Shown piece after piece: positions 39,476 to 49,411 of a stretch of DNA of 64,000 nucleotides. This DNA comes from an uncultured Gemmatimonadaceae bacterium (GTDB taxonomy: Bacteria; Gemmatimonadota; Gemmatimonadetes; Gemmatimonadales; Gemmatimonadaceae), in NCBI GenBank assembly GCA_963751275.1, contig CAVVTZ010000007.1, forward strand, positions 128,001 through 192,000, read 5' to 3'. The number at the start of each line of letters is the position of its first letter. Position 1 is the stretch's first letter. A program made the translations under genes and the position numbers. The notes under the pieces are model-generated. The model saw nothing but the letters and a program-made list of their open reading frames with translations. It was not told the origin of the DNA and did no database searches.

Positions 39476-40183
39476 ATGCCCGAACGCCCCGCTTCCGCCG
39501 CCTCCCGCCCGACCGCCCGGCGCGCCGCCCTCACGATCGATGTCGTTCTGCTCGCCGCCCAGGGCCGCGGGCTGACGATGCTGCTCGCGCGCGCAGCCGA
39601 TGCGCGCAGCAAGGAGCGGTGGGAACTGCCGTGGGATGGGGTGCGCGCCGACGAGGCGCTGGAGGATGCGGCCGAACGGATCGCGCACACGGCGCTCGGC
39701 TCATCGCTCGTGCAGCTCGACCAGGTGAGCGCGTTCGGCGACCGCCGCCGGCATCCGGGGAACGCGGACCTCTCGGTGGCGTTCCTGGGACTCGTGCCCG
39801 GCGGCGCGCCGGGGCCGATGGGCGGCGACACGGCGTGGTTCCCGGTGGATGAACTGCCGCCGGTGCCGCCGCGGCACCGCGCGATGATCGATGCGGCGCT
39901 GCTCGCGGTCCGCGCGCGGCTCGATCATTCCCCGATCGCCTTCTCGCTCCTGCCGCCCACGTTCACGCTGAGCCAGCTCCAGGAGGTCTACGAGTTGCTG
40001 ATCGGCCGCCGCGTGCACAAGGCGAGCTTCCGCCGCGCCCTGCACGCCGCATGGCTGGTGGAGCCCACGGATGAGTGGCGCAGCGAGGGACGCGGCCGTC
40101 CCGCCCAGCTCTTCCGCTACGCCCCCCGCAAACGGCGCGGCGGCCGCCGCGGCGTGCGGTTCGACGGCCTGGGTAACGGCTGA
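39476..40183 (+). CDS. nrtR: NrtR-family regulator (degenerate Nudix plus wHTH)
   Basis: LTIDVVL..WELP..E.LEDAA.R..LDQV.AFGD..R.P; FTLSQLQEVYE..KASFRR..GRPAQLFRY. Confidence 0.85.
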   Translation: MPERPASAASRPTARRAALTIDVVLLAAQGRGLTMLLARAADARSKERWELPWDGVRADEALEDAAERIAHTALGSSLVQLDQVSAFGDRRRHPGNADLSVAFLGLVPGGAPGPMGGDTAWFPVDELPPVPPRHRAMIDAALLAVRARLDHSPIAFSLLPPTFTLSQLQEVYELLIGRRVHKASFRRALHAAWLVEPTDEWRSEGRGRPAQLFRYAPRKRRGGRRGVRFDGLGNG

Positions 40184-40281
40184 GCCACGAGGCGCCCGGC
40201 GGGGTTGTCTGGAACTTTTTTTAGTTGCAATATGTATATAAGGCATATTCACCGGAGCGTTCTGTGGGCGCTGAGCGCAGA

Positions 40282-40578
40282 GTGCGTGAGGTACCGGACA
40301 GGGAACGCGCGGACGGCGCCGGGTCGCGGATCGTGCGGCTCCCGAGCGGCGTCAGCTGGCGCGCCACGGTCGTCGCGCGCCTCGTCTCCGATGAGGCCGC
40401 CGCCGGCCGCGAGAACGCGCGGCTCGTCGTGCAGCTCGAATGCCTGAGCATGCGCCGGCGCGCGCTGCGCGTGATCGTGCCGGGCGCGCGGTCGTTGGAT
40501 GCGGTGAGTGAGAGTGCGTTGCGCGAGCTGATCGAACCCAACCCGCTGCGGACCATCCGGCGCGCCAGCTCAGTCTGA
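40282..40578 (+). CDS. Hypothetical protein
   Basis: Open frame with globular-looking composition downstream of an AT-rich promoter-like region; start uncertain. Confidence 0.45.
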   Translation: MREVPDRERADGAGSRIVRLPSGVSWRATVVARLVSDEAAAGRENARLVVQLECLSMRRRALRVIVPGARSLDAVSESALRELIEPNPLRTIRRASSV

Positions 40579-40848
40579 GCGGCGCCTCGCCTGCCACTGA
40601 ATGATGCCGCGCGCGACGGCGACATTGTCCGCCGCGATCCCGTACAACTCCTTGAACGCCGACGCCTGTGTCGAGGCACGCGCTTCCGCGATCACCGGCG
40701 GCACATGACCCTCGCGCCGCTTCGGATCGGTGCGACGCTCCACGGACACGCGCGCCTGCACGCTCGGGCTTCCCTCCGGCAGCGCCTCGATCGTGACCAC
40801 GCCGCCGCCCGGCAGCTCGCGGCTGTAGAGCAGCACGAAATCGTCCAT
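40570..40848 (-). CDS. Small hypothetical protein
   Basis: MDDFVLLYSRELPGGGVVTIEA..VERRTDP.RR.GH.PP..ADNVAVARG; GC3-biased codons. Confidence 0.7.
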   Translation of the reverse strand: MDDFVLLYSRELPGGGVVTIEALPEGSPSVQARVSVERRTDPKRREGHVPPVIAEARASTQASAFKELYGIAADNVAVARGIIQWQARRRSD

Positions 40849-40907
40849 CGGCGTTTGGAACGACGAGGTCCAGAGCGTCACGCGGCCACCACGGATCGAG
40901 CTGTCAT

Positions 40908-41513
40908 TCAGAAGAGCAGCGGCGGTTCGGAATCGGCGAACGGATCCAAATCCATGTTCGCCTCCCACGCGGTGGACGCCAGCGACCCGGGCAACTGGAA
41001 GATGCCCTCGGCCGGCAGCACCCGGCGCACCGCGATCAGCCGCTGCCCGAACCAGGTGCGATGCGTGCCGGTGCCGGCGAGCTTGTCGATCCGGACCCGT
41101 CCGCTGGTGCTGGATGCGTGGATGATGCTGTCCCGCCCGACGTAGATCGCGATGTGCTGCGCGCCTTCCCCGCCATAGAAGAACAGCAGGTCGCCGGGCT
41201 GCAGATCGCCCGGTTCCGGGCGGCGGCCGAGTCCGCTCTGCTCGTGAGCGGTGCGCGGGACCTCGAACCCATGAATCAAGAACACGTAGCGCACGAAGCC
41301 GGAGCAGTCGAACGCCTTCGGCGTCGAGCCGCCGAGGACGTAGCGCACACCCAGATACTTCCGCGCGGTCTCGACGAAGGTCGCCCCATCGACCACGCCC
41401 CGGACCTGGACGCGCTTCGGCGCCGCGTCCGCCGTCTGGGCGGTCGCGTGAGGTGCGGCGATGACCAACACCGCCCCGGCCATCAAGGCCTGGTGCGCCA
41501 AGGAGCTTCGCAT
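40908..41513 (-). CDS. NlpC/P60 (C40) cell-wall peptidase
   Basis: YLGVRYVLGG..FDCSGFV, LQPGDLLFF, HIAIYVG, IIHAS. Confidence 0.93.
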   Translation of the reverse strand: MRSSLAHQALMAGAVLVIAAPHATAQTADAAPKRVQVRGVVDGATFVETARKYLGVRYVLGGSTPKAFDCSGFVRYVFLIHGFEVPRTAHEQSGLGRRPEPGDLQPGDLLFFYGGEGAQHIAIYVGRDSIIHASSTSGRVRIDKLAGTGTHRTWFGQRLIAVRRVLPAEGIFQLPGSLASTAWEANMDLDPFADSEPPLLF

Positions 41514-41615
41514 ACAGAATATTGACGACTCAGCCGATGGATGGTTAGACCTTATCCACACTTGTTATACGGCTCATCTTCGGGAAGTTCCGCGCGGCCA
41601 GCGGCGGCGGGATGC

Positions 41616-41657
41616 AGAACGGGCCCCGGCAGATCGCCGGGGCCCGTTCTTTCTTTC
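41616..41657. terminator. Intrinsic terminator-like hairpin after the second csp gene
   Basis: AGAACGGGCCCCGGC-agatc-GCCGGGGCCCGTTCT. Confidence 0.75.
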
Positions 41658-41669
41658 TTGTCGATCGGC

Positions 41670-41876
41670 TTAGACCTTCTGAACGTCAGCGGCCTGCGGA
41701 CCCTTCTGGCCCTGAACGATCTCGAATTCGACCTTGTCGCCCTCGGCGAGCGACTTGAAGCCGCTGCCAGTGATCGCGCTGAAATGCACGAACACATCGG
41801 GGCCGCCCTCATGCGAGATGAAGCCGAAGCCCTTCGCGTCGTTGAACCACTTCACGGTGCCGGTGATGCGAGACAT
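41670..41876 (-). CDS. cspA: Cold-shock protein (second copy)
   Basis: [23 protein letters not shown]. Confidence 0.96.
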   Translation of the reverse strand: MSRITGTVKWFNDAKGFGFISHEGGPDVFVHFSAITGSGFKSLAEGDKVEFEIVQGQKGPQAADVQKV

Positions 41877-42066
41877 GGTACTTTCCTTTCTAATTGGTGA
41901 TAGCTGGCATTGATGCCTGACCCCAGTTCCGGACCGACGGAGCGATATCTCCGGCGCGACGCGGCGGTGTCCACGAACGTCTTTCTAATCTAATCTAGCG
42001 CACGCCCAATGTGTATTGGCCTGACAATTGCTTGCCGGGAGAGAGTTCCTCCCGGCCGCTGGAGCG

Positions 42067-42276
42067 CTAGGCCGCGCCGGCGATATACCGGGCGACGCGA
42101 CCGCACTGCGCGCATTGCAGCGTGACGTGGCTGCGCGGCGGCGGCGGCTTCTTGGACGGGTCGCGGGTGATCGCACCGGAGCATGACGGGCAACTCAACG
42201 GCGCACCGGTACGGTCGCTCGCGATGAGCTGCAGCGCCTGGGCCGGATTGTAGGTCGCGGGGCGGGGTTTGCGCAT
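42067..42276 (-). CDS. Small zinc-ribbon protein
   Basis: CPSC..CAQC; GGAGGA RBS before the ATG at 42276. Confidence 0.65.
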   Translation of the reverse strand: MRKPRPATYNPAQALQLIASDRTGAPLSCPSCSGAITRDPSKKPPPPRSHVTLQCAQCGRVARYIAGAA

Positions 42277-42487
42277 CTTGTCCTCCAAGTCTCTCTCCGG
42301 CGACTCCCTACTGGTCGGGAGGCCGATCCTGGCAACGGGATGAACGGACGTTCAGTCTCTTGCCGGAATGAAAGATAACCCATCAAGGGCCCGAAATGTT
42401 GTGCGGGCCGAAATCCGGCGTAAGTCGCCCTGGGTGTTCGTGATACCGCGCCGCGCGTGATTCGTTCCTCCGCGGGCCGTTGCGCGG

Positions 42488-43501
42488 TCAGTCCCAGCGG
42501 TGCGGGGGACGCCAGAGGCTCCGGCGATCCACGCGCCAGAGTTTGCTGCGGTCGCCGAACTGCTCGCCGTCGCGGAAGGCGCCGTCATCCGCGGCGCCGT
42601 CGGCCATGTCGGCGGATTTCGCCGACGCATCATCGGCGCGGTGCACGATCTCCGCCTCGAGCGTGAGCGGCCGCACGGGACTGCCATTCTCGAGCTGGCC
42701 GTGGTGCGAGAGGATGATGTGCTGCAGCTCGAGCCGTTGGTCCTCGGTGAGCAGCGGCTCGCCGCCCGCCGCGGTCTCCGCGAGCCGCTCGTCGAGCATC
42801 ATCGAGCCGAGGATGACGTGCTCGATGAGGTGTCCCTCGGTCGTGCGGGTGAAGCCTTCCCAGCCGATCCCGTACGCGCGGAGCTTGCCGATGTCGTGCA
42901 GCAACACGCCGGCGAGCACGACGTCCTCGCGCGCGCGCATCGCCTTCGCCATCCCGCGCGCGATGTACGCGACCTCCCACACATGCAGGAGCAGGCCGCC
43001 GACCTTGCTGTGGTGCCCGCCCACCGATGCCGGTGCGCGCTCGAAGCGCAGACGGAAATCATCTTCATCGTAGAAGAGGCCGAGCACCTTCTTCAGCCGC
43101 GCCGACGTCATGCCGCGCCGCATCTCGTCGATCTTGTCCCAGAGCTTCTGCGGGTCCTCGGCGATGTGCGGCAGGAATTGCGAGAGATCGAGCTCCTCGC
43201 GCGGGAGGATGCGCACGGGCGCGGTGAGCTTGAGCTGCCGCTTCGCGGCGCCGCGCGCTTCGTAGCGGTCCACCTGGCCGATCGCCTGCACGGCGGCGCC
43301 GCGCACGGCGCCGTCGGCCCACCCATCGTCGAGGAGGTTCTTCCAGATCGGTGCGGTGTCGATGTCGCCGGTCGAGTTGCCGAGCGTGAGGATGACGAAG
43401 GGGTCGCCGCCGGCGGTGGTCTTCTCCGCGCGCTCCACCACGCGCAGCGTATGCTGGATCCGGGCGCCGACGTCCAGCGCGCGCAGGTCGATGGCGGTCA
43501 T
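42488..43501 (-). CDS. YhaM/Cbf1-family OB-fold plus HD 3'-5' exoribonuclease
   Basis: KTTAGGDPF..LGNSTG (OB fold); APAS..HH..GGLLLH, LLHDIGK, HIILSHHG..GSP..EAEIVH.AD. Confidence 0.88.
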   Translation of the reverse strand: MTAIDLRALDVGARIQHTLRVVERAEKTTAGGDPFVILTLGNSTGDIDTAPIWKNLLDDGWADGAVRGAAVQAIGQVDRYEARGAAKRQLKLTAPVRILPREELDLSQFLPHIAEDPQKLWDKIDEMRRGMTSARLKKVLGLFYDEDDFRLRFERAPASVGGHHSKVGGLLLHVWEVAYIARGMAKAMRAREDVVLAGVLLHDIGKLRAYGIGWEGFTRTTEGHLIEHVILGSMMLDERLAETAAGGEPLLTEDQRLELQHIILSHHGQLENGSPVRPLTLEAEIVHRADDASAKSADMADGAADDGAFRDGEQFGDRSKLWRVDRRSLWRPPHRWD

Positions 43502-43505
43502 CAGG

Positions 43506-43727
43506 TCAGCCCAGCGCGACGATCTCGCCCTCATCGTCGATCCCCATCTCGCACTCGAGGCCGCAGATCCCGCAGATCTTCAGCGCGTGCCACGCTTCCC
43601 CGGTCGCCTTCTTCTGCGCCGGCGTCGCGGGCTTCACGATGAGCTTCTTGTAGCTGTACTCACCGCAATTCTCGCAGGCATGGCCCTTGGCCACGCGCTC
43701 GGCGCGCGCGAAGGAGATCTTGGCCAA
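43506..43727 (-). CDS. Small zinc-binding protein
   Basis: CENC..CGIC; TTG start 2 bp after the SPFH stop. Confidence 0.7.
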   Translation of the reverse strand: MAKISFARAERVAKGHACENCGEYSYKKLIVKPATPAQKKATGEAWHALKICGICGLECEMGIDDEGEIVALG

Positions 43728-43729
43728 GG

Positions 43730-44781
43730 TCAGCCCTTCGCGGGCGGCGCGGGCGGGATCTGTTTCACGAGGTCGTCCACGGCGCCCTTGTCGGCCGACC
43801 GCGCGAGCAGCTCCTTGATGCCGCCGATCGCCGCCATCACGCCGGACGCCTCCACCGGAAGGAAGACGGTGGTGCCCTTGCCCTGCGCGAGCAGCGGCAG
43901 CGCCTCGAGGTACTTCACGCCGAGCAGGTACATCGCGGCATCGGCGGGCGGCAGCGACGCCGTGAGCGATCTTGCGGATCGCCTCGGCCTCCGCCGTGGC
44001 GAGCGCGAGGCGGGCTTCGGCCAGTCCCTGGGCGCGGAGCATCGGCGGCTTCCATCTCGCCCTGCGCCGGCTCGATCTGCGACTCGCTGCACGCCTTCCG
44101 CTTCGAGGATCGCGGCGCGCTTGCTCGCCTCGGCGTTCGTGACCGCGGCGCGGCGCTCGCGCTCGGCGCGCATCTGCAGTTCCATCGACTGCTGGATATC
44201 GCGCGGCGGCTCGATCGCTCTGCAGTTCGACGCGCGTGACGTCGACGCCCCAGCCGAGCGAGGCTTCCTCGATCGATCTCGCGCATCCGCTTGTTGATCT
44301 GGTCGCGGCTCACGAGGCGTGGAGTCGAGCTCCATCTCGCCGACGATGTTGCGCAGCGTGGTGCGGGTGAGCGTCTCGAGGGCGAACGGGAGGTTCTGCA
44401 CGGCGTACGTCGCCTTCTGCGGATCGGCGACGCGGTAGTAGAGCACGGCGTCGATGTCGATGGTCACGTTGTCCTTCGTGATGACCGGCTGGCTGGGGAA
44501 GTTGAGCACCTGCTCGCGCAGGTCGATGCGCACGGTGGATGCCGCCATGATGCGCTTGATGCCGCTGACATCGCTCTCGAGTAGCGCACGTCGATCGAGC
44601 GCGGGCGCTCGATGAACGGGATCAGGATGTTCAGGCCCGAGCGCGCGATGCGGTTGAAGCGGCCGAGCCGCTCGATGACCATCACCTCCGCCTGCCCGAT
44701 GACCTTGAACGCGCCCTGGAAGACGAACAGGACGAAGAGCGCGATGGCACCGAGCCCGATCAACCCAATGATACTGCCCAT
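43730..44781 (-). CDS. SPFH/band-7 (stomatin-like) protein; several frameshifts
   Basis: IERLGRF..GLNILIPFIE, IDLREQV..VITKDNV..DAVLY, TTLRNIVG, QMRAERERRA spread over 3-4 frames. Confidence 0.88.
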
Positions 44782-44791
44782 CGGTGCCTCC

Positions 44792-45860
44792 TTAGTTCTT
44801 CCAGTCGGCGAGGAAGAGGTTCGTCTCGTGCGGCCGGGAGCCGTTGCGGTGCGAGACCCAGACGAGCTGCGTGCCGTCCGGGCTGAACTGCGGGAACCCA
44901 TCGAAGCCCGGGTCGAACGTGACCTGTTCGAGCCCGCTGCCATCGACGTTCACAAGATACAGCTCGAAGTCGGAGCTGTGCGGGTTCTTGTAGTTGGACG
45001 AGAAGATGATCTTCTTGCCGTCCGGCGTGAAGAACGGGGCGAAGTTCGCGCCGCCGAGGTTCGTGATCTGGTGCTGGTCGCTGCCATCGGCGTTCATCAC
45101 CCAGAGTCTCCATGTGCGTCGGGCGCACGATGCGCTGGGCGAGGAGATCCTGGTAGTCCTTCAGCGCCGAGTCGGTCGGGTGGTACGCGCGATAGACGAT
45201 CTGCTTGCCGTCGGGGGAGAAGAACGCGCCGCCGTCGTAGCCCGGCGTGTGGGTGAGGCGCTTCACGTTCGAGCCATCGACGTTCATGGTGTAGATCTCG
45301 AGATCGCCGTCCTTGAGCGACGTGAAAACGATCGAGGAGCCGTCGGGCGAGAGCGTGCCCTCGGCGGTGTAGATGTGATTCTTCGTGAGCGCCTTCAGAC
45401 CCGAGCCATCGGCGTTGGCGGTGTAGATGTCGAAGGGGTCGAGCCCCCACACGTAGCCCTTGCTCGGATCGGGCTTCGGCGGGCACGCCGTGTCCACCGC
45501 GAACGTGGAGGCGTAGAAGATCCGCTTGTCGTTCGCGAAGAAATAGCCGCAGGTGGTCTTCCCCTGGCCGTTCGAGATCCGTTTCACGTGCGTGCCGTCC
45601 ACGTTCATCGTGTACTGCTGGTCGCAGGTGCGGCCATCGCGCGTGGACTGGAAGGTGAGCTGCTTGCCGCCCGCGCTGAAGTACGCCTCGGCGTTGTCGC
45701 CGCCATGCGTGATCTGCCGGATGTTGGCGAGATGCTTCTCCTCGCCGGGGTTGGGCATGACCGGCGTGGCGCGCATCGGATCCGGCGCGATCTGCGCGCC
45801 GGCGACACGGACGATGCAGGCGATCAGGACCGCGGCGGTGCGAGCGTGGCTGGAGGTCAT
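44792..45860 (-). CDS. TolB-like PD40 beta-propeller protein (frameshift near 45105)
   Basis: GGDNAEAYFS, TTCGYF, repeated SPDG motifs, YDGGAFFSPDG, NLFLADW. Confidence 0.9.
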
Positions 45861-45870
45861 CAGAAGGATG

Positions 45871-47457
45871 CTAGTGTTTTTCGGCGGGGGCCGCCGGGGC
45901 CAGGGAGAAGAGCTCCTGCTGCGTCTTGGCGCGCTGCAGCAGGTCGATCGCGCGCACGAGCTGCGCGTCGCCGGGGATGCTACGGCGGAACGCGCCCGAG
46001 TCGCCGAACGCGACGCGCGCCACCTGGGCGCCGATCACGCGGTCGATGTAGGACGAGACGCCGTCGAACTGCTGCCGGGTGACCTTGATGCTGTCCTGCA
46101 CGAGGCGCTTGAAGAGCTGGTCGCGCCACGCCGCCGGCACGGTGAAACCCGGCGACACCGACGCCTTCTGCTCGAGCGCGATGTCGTACAGCGCCGCCCG
46201 AACCAGCGGGAACTTCGGCGCGATGAGCTTGTTGAAATCCTGCTCGGCCGTCGTGAGCGTGTCGGCGGGCACGATGACGTCGGGGGTGATCCCGCCGCCG
46301 CCGTAGAGCGTGCGGCCGGACGCGCTCTTCACCTTGGGGCGCGCCGCGAGCGACGTGTCCTTCTTCGCCGTGTCCGACGGGAGGACATCCTCATCGCCCG
46401 GCAGATGCCGCGTGCGGTCCTGCTGGATGCTGCGCGCGCTCGGCGTGTACCACTTGCCGGTGGTGAGCTTGAGCGCCCACCCGTCGTCGAGGTTGAACAC
46501 CGACTGCACGAGTCCCTTCCCGAAGGTGCGTGTGCCCACGAGGAGCGCGCGGTCGTCGTCCTGCAGCGCGCCGGCCACGATCTCGCTCGCCGACGCGGAG
46601 AAGCCATCCACGAGGACGACGAGCGGCACGCTGGTGAGATGCTCGCTGCCCTTCGATGTGAAGGTCTCGCCGGGCGGCTGGCGCGTGCGGACGCTCGCGA
46701 TGGGCTTGCCGCTCTCGAGGAACAGCGACGCGACGGAGAGGGCCTGGGTGAGCAGCCCGCCGGGGTCGCTCCGCAGGTCCACGATGATCCGCTTGGCGCC
46801 GGCCTGCGCGAGGCGGTCCACCGCGGCCTGCAATTCGTCGGACGCGGTCTCGTTGAACGTCTGCAGCGGGACGTAGCCGATGTCGTGCGACAGCATCACG
46901 GCGTATGGTACGGCGGGGATGTGGATCTCCGCGCGCGTGAAGGCGTGCTCGATCGGCGCCGCCATTCCCGGACGCGCGAACCGCACGGTCACCTTCGTGC
47001 CGACCTTGCCGATCATCACATCCGACACCTGCTGCGACGTCCAGCCTCTCGTGGTCGCGCTGTCGATGCCGATGATCCGGTCGCCCTCGACGATGCCGGC
47101 CGCCTCGGCCGGCGTGTTCGGGAAGACGCGCACGACGACGACGTTCCCCTCCTGCTGCTCGATCTGCATGCCGACGCCGCCGTATTTCCCGGTGGACTGC
47201 TGCTTGAAGCGCGCCTGCTGCTTGGGCGAGAAGAGCTCCGAGTAGGGATCGCGCAGCTGCGTGACGAGGCCGCGCGCGGCCTTCTCATAGAGCGCATCGG
47301 GAGGCAGGGTATCGACGAAGCGGTCCTGCACGAGGCCGAGGACCTGATCGAACATCTGCGCGCCATCGTGACCGCGGCGTCCGGCGAGGAGGAATCCGCC
47401 GAACGCCAGGGGAAGCGCGAGCGCGCCCACGAGGGCGACGGTACGGAGTCGAGGCAT
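45871..47457 (-). CDS. S41 C-terminal processing peptidase (CtpA/Prc-like)
   Basis: DPYS, PDZ domain, DLRSDPGG, SASASEIVAGALQD, TFGKG.VQ, GGGITPD. Confidence 0.94.
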   Translation of the reverse strand: MPRLRTVALVGALALPLAFGGFLLAGRRGHDGAQMFDQVLGLVQDRFVDTLPPDALYEKAARGLVTQLRDPYSELFSPKQQARFKQQSTGKYGGVGMQIEQQEGNVVVVRVFPNTPAEAAGIVEGDRIIGIDSATTRGWTSQQVSDVMIGKVGTKVTVRFARPGMAAPIEHAFTRAEIHIPAVPYAVMLSHDIGYVPLQTFNETASDELQAAVDRLAQAGAKRIIVDLRSDPGGLLTQALSVASLFLESGKPIASVRTRQPPGETFTSKGSEHLTSVPLVVLVDGFSASASEIVAGALQDDDRALLVGTRTFGKGLVQSVFNLDDGWALKLTTGKWYTPSARSIQQDRTRHLPGDEDVLPSDTAKKDTSLAARPKVKSASGRTLYGGGGITPDVIVPADTLTTAEQDFNKLIAPKFPLVRAALYDIALEQKASVSPGFTVPAAWRDQLFKRLVQDSIKVTRQQFDGVSSYIDRVIGAQVARVAFGDSGAFRRSIPGDAQLVRAIDLLQRAKTQQELFSLAPAAPAEKH

Positions 47458-47568
47458 GGAGGGGCTTGGGTCAGGGACCGGCGCGGCCGTGCTCGGCCGC
47501 GCTCCACCAACGAATACGGCGCGGCGGACGCGAAGTTCCGGCCGCCGCGCCGTATCCCGTGCGGCCGA

Positions 47569-47739
47569 TCAGGACGGGTTCTCGGCGCCCGATGCGAGGA
47601 TCTGTTTCCACGTCATTTCCGGACCGTTCCGGAATCCCTTCTTGGTCATCTTCACGCCGGTCGGCATGATGCTGATCATGTACGCCTGACCGTCGATCTC
47701 GAGTTCACGCTTGATCGTCTTGTCGAGCTTCGTCGCCAT
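47569..47739 (-). CDS. Small conserved hypothetical protein
   Basis: MATKLDKTIKRELEIDG..KG.R.G...W; GGAG RBS upstream. Confidence 0.7.
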   Translation of the reverse strand: MATKLDKTIKRELEIDGQAYMISIMPTGVKMTKKGFRNGPEMTWKQILASGAENPS

Positions 47740-47788
47740 AGGAGAGACTCCGGTAAGTGGGGGAGAGGGAGACTGTGATGCCGGCCGA

Positions 47789-48640
47789 TCAGGCCATGCG
47801 GCTGGCAAGAACGTAATCGACGTACCATTCGCGCTGGTGCTGCCTCACGATCGCGTCACGCAACAGGCCGCCCGCCAGGAGCATCTCGTGCGCCGGCTGC
47901 AAGACGCGCTGCAGGTGCGACGGATAGCGCTGGGCGAGCGGGATCTGCTCCGCCAGCTGTGCCAGTCCGACGCGCCATGTGACGCTCCCATCCGCGCGGG
48001 CGACCTCGAGCAGGCGATAGAGCCGCCGCGCGACCGGAGAGGAGAGCGCAAGATACTGCGGGGCCGACAGGGCGGCAGTGCGGCCCGCCGCGATGTTCGC
48101 CCGCATGAGGGGCGAGAGGGTGACGTGAGCCTCGCCCGGCTCGGACGCGGTCAGCGTATCGAACAGCGCGAGCTGGTCCCGTTCGGCGACGCGGCGCCGC
48201 TCGATGAAGACGGCCGTGAGCACACTGAACCGCGCGTCGATGCAGCCTTGCGACGCCGCCTCGAAGTACGCGCCCTGCGATTCGAGGGTCGTGTGCTGGA
48301 GCCGTGTCAGCGCGGAGCGCAGTTGCTCGTACGTCCGGCCATCGACGCGCCGACCGATCGACCGGAGGAAAGCGTGCAGGGTGAACGAGACGATCCCATC
48401 GGATGGAGCGCCGGCGTCCTGAAAGCGGTGCCAGAGCTCGATGAACACATCCTGGTCGAACGTGCCGGGGAGCCGGTCGCCGGGGCTGGGGAGGACGCGC
48501 CAGCGCGCGCCGCCGGGCAGCGCGAAGTCGATCGCCGAGTCGTCGGCGGAGTCGCTGAGCCGGAAGAGGGGTAGCGCCTCCAGCGAACGATCGAGGATGA
48601 TCGTTCGCGCGGTCGTCCGGCGGCGTACCGCGAGGGTCAT
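47789..48640 (-). CDS. Plasmid-type replication initiator protein A (RPA-like)
   Basis: LEALPLFRLS, LPGTFDQDVF, YEQLRSALTRLQHTT and YLALSSPVARRLYRLL resemble winged-helix RepA initiators. Confidence 0.7.
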   Translation of the reverse strand: MTLAVRRRTTARTIILDRSLEALPLFRLSDSADDSAIDFALPGGARWRVLPSPGDRLPGTFDQDVFIELWHRFQDAGAPSDGIVSFTLHAFLRSIGRRVDGRTYEQLRSALTRLQHTTLESQGAYFEAASQGCIDARFSVLTAVFIERRRVAERDQLALFDTLTASEPGEAHVTLSPLMRANIAAGRTAALSAPQYLALSSPVARRLYRLLEVARADGSVTWRVGLAQLAEQIPLAQRYPSHLQRVLQPAHEMLLAGGLLRDAIVRQHQREWYVDYVLASRMA

Positions 48641-48692
48641 TCAGGTAAGTTGGCGGCCCAAGCGGGCTTACGCAAGCGTTGGCGGGGCGGGA

Positions 48693-49403
48693 TCACCCGA
48701 GGCGGACGACCTGGCCGGTGATGGCGGAGGCCTCGCCGGAGGCCAGATAGCAGACCGTGGCGGCGGCTTCTTCGCGCTCCACGTAGTTGGTCTTGTCGCC
48801 CATGGACTGGACATTCGCGGCGGTGCGGATCTGCGTGGGAGCGACCGCGTTGGCGCGGACGTGGTTCGCACGCTCATCGGCGGCGACCGAGCGCATGAGC
48901 GCGATCACCCCGGACTTGGCCGCGACGTATGCCGCCATGCCGCCGGTGGCCGCGCCCGGCAGCGCGGCGGCCGCCGCGAAATAGACGATGGCGCCGCCCG
49001 CTGCGCGCAGCGCGGGCAGGAACGCCCGCGTCGTGAGATACGCCGTCGTGAGATTGATCGTGAGCTGCTTCTGCCACGCCGTGGGATCGCTCTCGGCGAC
49101 CGGCCCGGTCATCGCGAATCCGCCGGCGAGGCAGACGAGCACATTGAGCTTTCCCCCGCTGGCCGCGCCCGCCTCCGCGGCGAGGAAGGTCAGCTGCGCC
49201 GCGTCGGACAAGTCACAGGCGAAGGCGCGCGCGTCCGCGCCCGATGCGCGAAGATCGGCGGCGCGCGCATTCGCTTCATCGATCATCATGTCCACGAGCA
49301 CGAGCCGCGCGCCCTCCGCCGCGAACGCGCGCGCGACGGCCTCACCGACCTGGCCGCTGCGGCCGACGCCGGTGATGAGGACGGTCTTGCCGGTGAAACG
49401 CAC
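48693..49403 (-). CDS. Short-chain dehydrogenase/reductase
   Basis: KTVLITGVGRSGQVG, LAGGF, YVAAK, VRANAVAP, ITGQ. Confidence 0.9.
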   Translation of the reverse strand: MRFTGKTVLITGVGRSGQVGEAVARAFAAEGARLVLVDMMIDEANARAADLRASGADARAFACDLSDAAQLTFLAAEAGAASGGKLNVLVCLAGGFAMTGPVAESDPTAWQKQLTINLTTAYLTTRAFLPALRAAGGAIVYFAAAAALPGAATGGMAAYVAAKSGVIALMRSVAADERANHVRANAVAPTQIRTAANVQSMGDKTNYVEREEAAATVCYLASGEASAITGQVVRLG

Positions 49404-49411
49404 GGCCGCGC

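Noticed and set aside
43506..44042. SPFH-zinc finger fusion suggested by the 178-aa ORF
   Set aside because: An artefact of SPFH frameshifts; SPFH stops at 43730 and the zinc protein starts at 43727.
47789..48640. Integrated plasmid or prophage around repA
   Set aside because: No integrase, att repeats, partition or conjugation genes, and no compositional shift visible.
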